NCBI RefSeq assembly: GCF_006345805.1
Contig: NW_021826534.1
Span: 1-12,578, forward strand
Direction: 5' to 3'
Length of the DNA: 12,578 nt
Origin: Octopus sinensis
Taxonomy: Eukaryota
In this document: positions 1 through 9,410 of the stretch, one piece after another
Layout of the letters: each line of letters begins with the position of its first letter
Numbering within the stretch: the first letter of the stretch is position 1
The notes under the pieces: generated by a model
Databases searched by the model: none
What the model saw: the letters and a program-made list of their open reading frames with translations, nothing else
Told to the model about the DNA's origin: nothing
Program-made: the position numbers and the translations under genes

Positions 1-528
1 TCAGTGTTAATACATGCGTGTGTATGTGTGTGCGAAAACGAATATGAAGATCATGCAATATGGCGCTGTTAGACCTAAAATACCCCCACAGGAATATTAA
101 ACATACCATAAATACAAAGATATCTGACCAGCATCTTTATTTATATTCTATATAAGCAACGCAACCCCTCCAGGTTTTCCCCTTAGGCATATGTGTAATA
201 CGTTTAGGGGAATATGAATCAGGCATGAGGTCAAACTGCCTCCAAAGATATTATTTCAAAGGTAAAATCATATCCAATAGGAATTATCTGCATCGTTGAA
301 AATCTTCAAACAGCTGAAATTATAAAAGTTTTCACCGCTCTTAAATTGTATGCTCCAGAATGGGTGATGCTTGGCTTACAATAATTTGGGTTAAGCATAA
401 TGATGGTAGATTGTTAACTAAACATGTTCGACTTGAATGAATGTAGAAGGATTTCTATCTATCATTTGCTACGAAGTCCAGTGTCATGGGCTTCATTTCC
501 CCATCAGCTAGTTTTGTTTTGTTTGTCC

Positions 529-724
<196 letters not shown>

Positions 725-750
725 CTGTTGCTTATTTTCAATTATACATA

Positions 751-964
751 TCTTTTACTCTTTTTCTTGTTTCAGTCATTTGACTGCGGCCATGCTGAAG
801 TACCGCCTTTAGTCGAGCAAATCGACCCCGGGACTTATTCTTTGTAAGACCAGTACTTATTCTATCGGACTCTTTTGCCGAAACGCTAAGTGACGGGGAC
901 GTAAACACACCAGCATCAGTTGTCAAGCAATGCTCGTGGGAAAAACACAGGCACACAAACATCT

Positions 965-1000
<36 letters not shown>

Positions 1001-1164
1001 ATATATACGACAGGCTTCTTTCAGTTTCCATCTACCAAATCCACACACAAGGCATTGATCGACCCGAGGCTATAGCAGAAGACACTTGCCCAAGGTGCAC
1101 GCAGTGGGACTGAACCCGGAACCATGTGATTGGTAAGCAAGCTACTTACCACACAACCACTCCT
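751..1164 (-). mobile_element. tRNA-derived SINE, family A (octopus-type), near full length, with internal (CA)/(TA) microsatellite
   Basis: On the minus strand: A-box-like TGGTTGTGTGG (1149-1159), B-box GGTTCAGTCCC (1106-1116), ACCTTGGGCAAGTGTC just downstream as in many tRNA SINEs, an internal microsatellite at about 944-1007, and a 3' end with an AGAGTAAAAG-like tail (751-770). It resembles abundant Octopus SINEs from memory; I cannot assign it to a named family (OK/OR1/OR2). Confidence 0.88.
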
Positions 1165-1468
1165 ATATATATATGATTTAGATGTTATTATGGCCTCATG
1201 AAAGGATGGTGACATCCAAGGAAATACTAGTTCAATGCCTAATATTTTGGGGAAAATTGATTTCCTTAAAATAATAGGTTTTGTATATAAACTGTAGTTT
1301 ATATTCATGCAAAGGAAGAAGAAAATGAAGATTATGCTCAGAAATATGAATTGAATATTTAATGAATTTCACCGTTTCGTAATTGAAACAGCTGTAAGGC
1401 ATACTGGTTGATTTGTTGCAGATAATAAACTCTTATTAACTCCAAAATCGCCATTTTCTTTTTCATCT

Positions 1469-1516
1469 TTCACACACACACATGCACACACAGACACACA
1501 CACACACACATATATA
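1469..1516. repeat. (CA)n microsatellite with short TA run
   Basis: Directly visible. Confidence 0.95.
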
Positions 1517-1581
1517 TAGGGTAGAGAAACAAGAGAAATTTTGTAGCCAGGTGGCTAGCATACATAATATAGTCAATAGAC

Positions 1582-1585
<4 letters not shown>

Positions 1586-1662
<77 letters not shown>

Positions 1663-1702
1663 GTGTGGGGAGTGCATGTATGTAGGTGTGGGTGTGTGGA
1701 TG
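1586..1702. repeat. Compound microsatellite (TA)n-(GTATAT)5-(GT)-rich
   Basis: (TA)n 1586-1630, GTATAT x5 at 1631-1660, then degenerate GT/GGT repeats. Confidence 0.95.
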
Positions 1703-2005
1703 TGGAGGTGTATTCATATACACAGATTATGATGGCTGTCTACTTGTCAGACGAGCACGGCCGTCGCTGACACGTATCAGCGATGCTCGAGCGAGTATTT
1801 TATGTCGAATACGGCATGCACAATATGACGACGGCTTTCGTTAGAAATGCCCTGGAACCCAGTGACAAATAAAGTACAGATACCTAGCTTAATCGAGCAA
1901 CGGTTTTTGGGGAGGGTTACAAAGAGCACCACACGCAGGTTGATGCATTGCTGTTTTCAAGTTGATGACCAAGTCAAACTTAACATAAGCTGAGTCAAAT
2001 ATATA

Positions 2006-2229
2006 TAGCAATCCCTCGACTATCGCGGGTGTTACGTTCCAAAACCCGCTGCGATAGGTAAAAATCCGCGAAGTAGAAACAGTCTTGTCTTGTATATATT
2101 TTAAAGAATTATTTTTATAATTTGTATATATTTATTTTATTATAAGTTCCAGACAACACGATGGCGGAACGACGTAAGCTTAAATAATAAACCGCGATAG
2201 GTGAACCGCAATATGGCGAGGGATTACTA
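2006..2229. mobile_element. Tc1/mariner-superfamily (Tigger/pogo-like) MITE, 224 bp, TA target duplication
   Basis: Terminal inverted repeats: left TAGCAATCCCTCG (from 2006), right reverse complement TAGTAATCCCTCG (ending 2229). TA flanks at 2004-2005 and 2230-2231. Subterminal motif (CC)GCGATAG(G) at 2020-2028 (reverse complement), 2051-2058 and 2192-2201. AT-rich non-coding middle. The ends resemble the CAGT...CCCTCG termini of Tigger/pogo elements. Confidence 0.8.
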
Positions 2230-2720
2230 TATATCTATATCTATATATATATATGTGTGTGTGTGCGTTTGTATGTATCTATGTGTGTTTGCATAAAATA
2301 CATATACACGCTTATACACACACACGTAGTGAGATTGAAAGATTAGATAAAAAATAAGCGAACAAGTTGATAGATAGGAAGAGTGGTGGGGAGACAAACA
2401 AGATGTAAGGAGATGCATACAGAGACAGAGAATGGAGAGAAATACATAAAAGTGAGAAAGAGAAAAAGAGAGAGACGTGGGAAGGGAGAGAGCATATGTG
2501 TGTATGAGTGTGTGTGTGATAGAGAGACGGACAGACAAACAGACAGACAGATAGATTAGGAATGAAGGAGATCTAAAGAAGAAGGAAATTAGCGAAACAC
2601 AATAAATAAAGGTGTTAGAGTCATTCAAATATTCTCTATGAAGAGTGAGTGTGAATATGTGCATTAGTAGACGAGCATATGCGTATGTGTGTGTGTTTAT
2701 GTGTGTATTTGTGTATGTGT
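2228..2720. repeat. Mixed low-complexity tract: (TA)n, (TG)n, (GA)n, (GACA/GATA)n
   Basis: Directly visible degenerate di- and tetranucleotide repeats. Confidence 0.85.
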
Positions 2721-2873
2721 GTTCGAGTTATTTAATTAATTGAAACTTGAGAAAACATAAAGACGGAATATTGAAATAGGAAAGAAAAAAAAATAGAAGA
2801 AAAATCCGAGCATATCAAACTGGCAATAAAAATACCGCCCAAAAGCAGCAGTACCACCATTGCTAGGACCGAA

Positions 2874-2905
2874 ATCATCATCATCATAATCATCATCATC
2901 ATCAT

Positions 2906-2953
<48 letters not shown>

Positions 2954-3505
2954 TATCATCATTATCATCATCGTCATCATCATCATCATCATCAACACCA
3001 TCATTATCATTATCGTCCACATCATCATCATCACCATCATCATCATCGACCTCATCGTTGTCGTTGTTGCCAACGTAATCTAAAATGATCAACAGCAACA
3101 CCACCACCAACAACATCTACTTCACCATTATCATCATCATCATCACAATAAAAAACCAACAACCACAAAAACACCTGCAACAACAACGGTAATAAGCATA
3201 ATTGTCATCGTCATCATCATCATCATCATCAACATCATCATCATCATCATCATCGTCATCGTCAACATCGTCATCATCGTCATCATCATCATCGTCATCC
3301 TGATCATCTTTTTCATAATCATCATCATCATCGTCGTCGTCGACATCATCAGCAGCAGCAGACGCACCACCAACAGCACTTGTCCTGCGTAGTCATCATT
3401 AGCGTGCCCAAAAGCATTATGGTCAGCAGCAATGGTGACCACATCCGCACCAGCGTCAGCAGCAACACCATTGGCACCACCAATCATCACAAAATGTGCC
3501 GCCCC

Positions 3506-3536
<31 letters not shown>

Positions 3537-3565
3537 ACCACAACAACACAACAACAACAACAACC
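2874..3565. repeat. Trinucleotide repeat field: (CAT)n, (CGT/CAT)n, (CAC)n, (CAA)n with degenerate period-3 spacers
   Basis: Directly visible. It is the source of the poly-M/D/V/H/T ORFs. Confidence 0.95.
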
Positions 3566-3774
3566 TCACCAAAACCACCATCACTACCATTAATTAGTTC
3601 TGCATCACATTCATCATAACCATGGCAATCACTAACAGCACAATCTACGTCAGCATCACCTTTTTTCCAGCACTACCATACCGTCTTTCGCACCCTTACA
3701 CAGAGTCACACAAACACACACACTCACACGCACAAACACACTAACACACACTCTCTCTCTTTATCTGTCTTTCC

Positions 3775-3957
3775 CTATCTTGGCACAAGGCCAGCAATTT
3801 TGGGTGCGTGGTAGATCAACTAAATCAACCACTGTTTTCAACTGCGACTTATTTCTTCGAACTCCAAAAGATGAGAAGCAACGGGGATCTCTGCAGAATT
3901 TGAACTCAGAACGTGAATTTTGCGTGTCCCATTAACGTTTCTGCTAGCTCTGCCTTT
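3775..3957 (-). mobile_element. tRNA-derived SINE, family B-related, old and degraded
   Basis: The reverse complement reads AAAGGCAGAGCTAGCAGAAACGTTA...CGTTCTGAGTTCAAATTC...AAATTGCTGGCCTTGTGCC. This is collinear with the copies at 6560-6998 (head, B-box GAGTTCAAATTC, 3' GGCCTTGTG). Confidence 0.75.
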
Positions 3958-4000
3958 CACACAACTGCAATACTAATACCTATCATTACTGTAGTCCATG

Positions 4001-4120
4001 TTAAGGCGGCGAGCTGGCAGAGTCGTTAGCACGCTGGAAAAAATGCTTGGCGATATTTCACGCGTTACTTCGTCCTACTTCGGTGTCTACTTTGCTTTTC
4101 ATCCTTTCAAAGTCGATAAA
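4001..4120 (+). mobile_element. tRNA-derived SINE family B, 5' part only (B-box region lost, 3' part missing)
   Basis: TTAAGGCGGCGAGCTGGCAGAGTCGTTAGCACGC matches the heads at 6560 and 6783. TTTGCTTTTCATCCTTTC..GTCGATAAA matches their central region. Homology stops at 4120. Confidence 0.8.
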
Positions 4121-4649
4121 ATATTATTGAGTTCATGCTGTCGAAGTAACACAGGGGTACAACTATACGAAGCCCAGTTTACCCACCATTACAACCCTTC
4201 TGATAAGGGTATACCTGGCACATGCATTATAACCATATGTGCGTTAATTGATGTCATATCAAGATTGACAGCGCATGACCTTGCAGGTGGGACCCAGTTA
4301 GAGTTTTCTTCTAGTCGAGTAACCCATTCCGCTCAAATGGTCTCTGGATAAGGGTTGTTTAAGGATGTTGCATTAAACACCCATGTTTCCAGGGGTGAAT
4401 TATTCAAACCCCCAAATAATCCCTCCCAACACATGGCTCCTCCACTAATTCTGCTCGTGATCAGAGATGCACATATCGTCAGCTAGAAAGGGACATGGTC
4501 AACTGGTTATGGTCAAACAACTGACAAGCAAATCTATGGTATTGAGCAGAATATTTGCTGTAGCCCATCTTTTATACCAGGACAAAGCAATGTACATGAT
4601 AACACTACCAATCAGAAGCCATGAAAGCCACTGCCTGTCCATCAGGGCA

Positions 4650-4650
<1 letters not shown>
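4121..4650 (-). mobile_element. About 530-bp TAA-flanked non-coding interspersed element, copy 1
   Basis: The reverse complement is collinear over its whole length with 10268-10785. Anchors: 4451-4476 vs 10418-10443 (25/26 identical) and 4565-4579 vs 10326-10340 (15/15). In its own orientation it is preceded by long (TAA)n and ends CTCAATAATA. Confidence 0.8.
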
Positions 4651-4706
<56 letters not shown>

Positions 4707-4714
4707 CATTATTA

Positions 4715-4781
<67 letters not shown>

Positions 4782-4797
4782 TATTATTATTATTATT
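4651..4797. repeat. (TTA)n microsatellite, about 145 bp, slightly interrupted
   Basis: Directly visible. It explains the poly-Y/I/L ORFs. Confidence 0.99.
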
Positions 4798-4804
4798 TTA
4801 TATC

Positions 4805-5640
4805 ACAATGATCATCATCACTACAACCAACACCACCGATGCCACCACCGTCACCATCAACAACCACCACCACCACCACCACCACCATACCACCACCACC
4901 ACCACCACCATCACCATCACCATCAACATTATCTTCATAATTATCATCGCCTTTATCATAAATGGAAAAGAAATTAATAAACTTCTTAGAACAGAATCCA
5001 AAACAACATCAATCATGATGTTTGAAATATTCAATCAACAAAAACAACAAAGCAAAAAACGCAAAAAGAAACAAAACAGAAAAACAAAAAAAAAAACAAA
5101 CAAGAAAAATAACAACAGCAGCAGCATCAGCAATATTCACACGAGGAGGAAATACTACAACAATAGCCAGAACAAAAAATCAAAACACTTACAATAACCA
5201 CTGCAACAAGAGCAATAGGAAGGCAGCAACAACCACAACCGCAACCACATGTTTGTCGTCGTCACCTCAATTACAGCAATCCTCCTCCTCCTCGTCATCA
5301 CGGTCATCATCACCACCACCACCACCACCACTCCATCATCATCGTCATTATCATCACTTTCGTAATTTTCATCATCATCACCATCACAAACATCATTGTG
5401 CCTACCAACAGCAATTTCAGTCTAATTTTAACCAGAACACCAGCAATAACAACAACAACATCAACAACAACAAACAACAACAAAACAACAACAACAACAA
5501 CGAAAGCAGCAACGATTACAGCAAGAAAAACATCGTATAAACAATCTGAAAAGTGATATCCCGATCAAATATGTGATCAGTGAATATGGAAAGAACACAT
5601 CCAACTCTAGCATCACCATCACCATCACCATCACCCTAAC
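4805..5640. repeat. Trinucleotide/A-rich low-complexity field: (CAC)n, (CAA)n, (CCT)n, (CAT)n, (CATCAC)n
   Basis: Directly visible. Confidence 0.9.
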
Positions 5641-6559
5641 CGCCACAGCACTAATTTGGGGGTAAACACCACGGATACAAAACTATCCTATTTCAACTCC
5701 ACCCATCTCCAGCAACACCACAACCACCGACGCCACGACAACAACGATGAATACCTCCACCCCACCGCCCCTCATGTGGTCGCTAAAATGGCCTGCAGTT
5801 CGACATTCATTTACACTGTACTGCATTACCAAAATGAAAACAAAAAACTAAAGGTCATGTTATCTTGGATGACAATGTGTTCCCTATATATAGGAAAGAG
5901 ATGGGACAGTCACGGATAGAATTGCTTTAATTATAGATCCGCTCCAATAAAATTAGTAACATAAATGTGACAAATCCTGAATCAAACTTCTCAATATAAA
6001 CCAGAAACTTTCCTAGCAATACGCCATATACAAGAGGAATTTTTCCAACACAGCTCTGCATAAGAAAAATAAAACACAGCCATGTAGAGCATCGGTTGTG
6101 CAATGGTGAAGTGCGGAAGCCATATCTTGACCAGAACAACGTGTGCAGTCCTGGACAAATTTATGAAGTTTGATAGATACCTATTAATGCAAGGTTCCTA
6201 CCTACCACGGTGGTGATGTTAATGCAAGAGGAAGGCCGCTGAATCCGATCTATACAACTTAGCAGAAATCCTGTGATAGTCCTGCAGTCAAAACACAAAT
6301 AGCGGCACTGAAATCCTAAGTGCCAACCCTATATCAGTTTTTAAATTCCGATCGGGATATCTCCGTTGATGCGTACGTTTTTATCTAGTCAGCTAAAATG
6401 AAATGTAACGTTGACCTTGGGTTACATTTGGACTCAAAATGCAAAGCGACAACAAAGAACGCCTGTCAGTTTACTCAGAGGAATCTGCCGTTTCGCCACT
6501 TTTGACCACTATGATACTATCTCAATCACTACTATGGCAAGCGAATATAATATACTACA

Positions 6560-6782
6560 TTAAGGCGGTGAGCTGGCAAAATTGTTAGCACGCTGTGCGA
6601 AATGCTTAGCGGTATTTCTTCTGCCGTTACGTTCTGAGTTCAAATTCCGCCAAGGTCGAATTTGCCTTTCATCATTTCGGGGTCGATAAATAAAGTCCCA
6701 GTTGTGTACTGGGTTCGATCTAATCGACTGGTCCCTTCCCCTAAAATTTCGGGCCTTGTGTCTAGAGTAGAAAGGAATATTT
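6560..6782 (+). mobile_element. tRNA-derived SINE family B, full length, first unit of a tandem pair
   Basis: A-box-like TGGCAAAATTG (6574-6584), B-box GAGTTCAAATTCC (6636-6648), central GCCTTTCATC..TCGGGGTCGATAAA, and 3' CTAGAGTAGAAAGGA with a short AT-rich tail. Confidence 0.9.
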
Positions 6783-6998
6783 TTAAGGCGGTGAGCTGGC
6801 AGAAGCGTTAGCACCCCGGGCGAAATACTTAGCGGTATTTCGTCTGTCTTTACGTTCTGAGTTCAAATTCCGCCGAGGTTGACTTTGCCTTTTATCCTTT
6901 CGGGGTCGATAAATAAAGTCCCAGTTGCGTACTGGGTTCGATCTAATCGACTTGCTCCTTCCCCCAAATTTCGGGACTTGTACCTAGAGTAGAAAGGA
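6783..6998 (+). mobile_element. tRNA-derived SINE family B, full length, second unit of the tandem pair
   Basis: Same layout as 6560-6782, with B-box at 6859-6871. My manual count is about 24 differences in about 216 nt relative to the first unit. Confidence 0.9.
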
Positions 6999-7499
6999 TG
7001 AAAAGTACAGTTGATCCCTTCGGTTGTCAATAAAATAGTATAGCAGTTAGGTACCGTTTCCTTCAAAATTATTCGACCTGCAATATTCGACCTTAGAAAT
7101 TATAATCAAACTTCAAAGTATTGTCAATCACCGCTACCACCTCTTGTATCATCCTCTCTTTCATCAACAGAAATGTTTCCGATGCAGTCCTCCGCTCACA
7201 GATTCAACAATTTTCCACACAGCCACTCACAGTTCACGAGGAGATGAAATCCGACTTCACTCAACAAGGCCACCTACGTTCGTAAAATAAACAGTCGCTA
7301 CCATACCCGTCCCTGCAATAATATGCTGACATCACTTAATTCTCCTCCACCAACCGCAACACTATTATAAACAATACTATTAGGACTTTAGAAATGTGTC
7401 AAACGTCTCTTTAGACTGATATCATATCTCATATTTCTATCATAAACATCTCGATATCTTGTGAGAAGTACGACAAAGGCCACCAACTCATTGAAAACA

Positions 7500-8220
7500 A
7501 TACTTCCACCTCCCACCTCCTTCAGCGTCACAACCGCCTCCTCTATATCTAGCTCTCGTCATTGCACCACTTGTACTACTAACATCAAACCAGCATCAAC
7601 ATCTGCACTATTATCTCACTTCAGCCTCCACCAGATATGTCATCGTGAATCCCTCCTTCATCATCTCCGTATTACCATTCTCTCCATCCCCAATACCATC
7701 ATTATATTTATCTATAGCATCAATATCATCATCAACACTATCACCATACTCACCATCATCAACTCCATCGCCGTCATCATCCCCCTCAATACAGCCATCA
7801 GCCTCCCAAACATCTCTTCACTGTCAAGTATCTTCTAACATTACCAACATATATTTTACTGTCATCACTATCAACAACAATAGCAACGAGTAAGAACATA
7901 ACCACCACCACCACCACCACCACCACCACCACCTCTAATGATAATAAGCCTCCACTACCACGTTACTCCAATAACAACATGTCGGCTGCAACGAATAAAT
8001 ATCAGCAACAGGAACACATATTCTGATGACCACAGCGATATGAACAGCGACATCATTACTACTAACATCGCCGCCATCGCCAACACCACCGACACCTTAA
8101 CCACCACCTCGATCACCGCACACATGAACAGCAACAACCGCCAAAAACAACACAAAACAAGACAAAAACAAGGACAATAATCATTAACAGCAACAGCAAC
8201 AACAACAACAACAACAACGA
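7500..8220. repeat. Degenerate C/A-rich period-3 low-complexity region with (CAC)n (about 7900-7933) and (CAA)n (about 8186-8220)
   Basis: Directly visible. Confidence 0.8.
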
Positions 8221-8483
8221 CACACGTTCTGATGACCAGAGCGATATCAAAAACAACGATGAAAAGAGATAAAAGTGTCTGGAATTTAATAAAATAAATG
8301 TTTAAGTCGGCCATTTTAGCTGTTCGTTTCCTCTTTCACTCTTGCGTATTCATTCCGCTATTCTTTAACTCGGTTATTCCATGTTTATTTTTCTTCATTT
8401 CATTCGTCTTCTATTTCTATCTGTAGTCTGTTCTTATCTTCTTCTTCTTTTTCTTCTACATTCAACTAATTCAACTTACTTCT

Positions 8484-8522
8484 ACCAACCAACAAACCAA
8501 CTAACCAACCAACGTACCAACT
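8484..8522. repeat. Degenerate (CCAA)n tetranucleotide repeat
   Basis: ACCAACCAACAAACCAACTAACCAACCAAC is directly visible. Confidence 0.8.
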
Positions 8523-8989
8523 AAGCAATTTTCGATATAAGCATCACTTACTTAGCAAAACACCTAAAACGCTTTATAAAGACAGAATCCTATGTGATGT
8601 ACGGGATACATATAGTTAATAGAATCTACGCATTGTATGTCTAATACAAGGCACATATTTTATCAACTACTGTAAAAAATCGTCATAGAACCGGATGATT
8701 GCGGAATACTCCATTCAAAATAACGGACGCGGCCATGCTATGAAGCTCATTCAAAGTCTCTAGACTTCTTCCTCCCACTCCATTTCTTTCTCTCTCTCTT
8801 TGTCTAACTCATTCCCCATATCTCTGTAACTCTTTCGGTTAGGCGCTTTATATAAAGCTTAGCATTCATAAGAAATTATCTGATGGTTCAGAATTTGCAT
8901 TTGCTTTTAAGATAAAACCCCAAATTCTCCCATAGAGAATATAAATTAATTCTAGCCTTTATAACTCCTAAAGATATTTCAGAATTTCG

Positions 8990-9013
8990 TATATACAATA
9001 TATAATATATGAT

Positions 9014-9063
<50 letters not shown>

Positions 9064-9410
9064 GTATATGCCAACATATTCATAAATACAGACACGCATA
9101 CAGACACACACACACACATATATATATATATTTATATATATATAAATACACATATACATATTTACATATATACGTATATGGGTATATATATATATATAAT
9201 ATATATATATATATGTAGCGAGAAAGAAAGAAAGAGGAGTGAGAGAGAGATTCATACACACACACGCACACATACCCAGACATATATGCTAGCATGTATA
9301 TACCTATACCTCATACATATATACATCACCGCGTGTGTATGCCAGTGTGTCTATCTGTGAGTATGTTTGTGTGTGTGTGTGTGGTGTGTGTGTGTGTGTG
9401 TGTGCTTGTG
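8990..9410. repeat. Compound (CA)n/(TA)n/(GA)n/(TG)n microsatellite cluster
   Basis: Directly visible. It explains the YI/HT/CV ORFs. Confidence 0.95.

Noticed and set aside
284-313. Possible minus-strand terminal exon (TTTCAG/ LFEDFQRCR*) with a downstream AATAAA
   Set aside because: Too short, no recognisable homology, and such signals are frequent by chance in AT-rich DNA.
1298-1362. Protein-like plus-strand snippet YIHAKEEENEDYAQKYELNI* after CTGTAG
   Set aside because: Weak acceptor, purine-rich composition explains the acidic peptide, and no recognisable homology.
1752-1800. Helitron 3' terminal hairpin
   Set aside because: No CTRR terminus at the expected distance on either strand.
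4620-4650. HDV-like or hammerhead ribozyme at the 5' end of the 520-bp element
   Set aside because: Only a simple TGCC(C)TG/CAGGCA hairpin is visible. I could not build the nested pseudoknot or the hammerhead core, and copy 2 lacks this segment.
7015-7115. Possible third, very degraded SINE B 3' fragment after the tandem pair
   Set aside because: Only patchy similarity (CCTTCGG..TCAATAAAATAGTA..CAGTT), not alignable with confidence by eye.
7215-7228. CCACACAGCCACTC resembling the head of SINE family A
   Set aside because: A 14-nt match in C/A-rich sequence with no flanking homology.
8023-8265. CTGATGA motifs as hammerhead core or snoRNA C/D boxes
   Set aside because: No stem II leading to GAAA and no terminal stem or correctly spaced box pair. 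TGATGA is also expected in GAT-type triplet decay.
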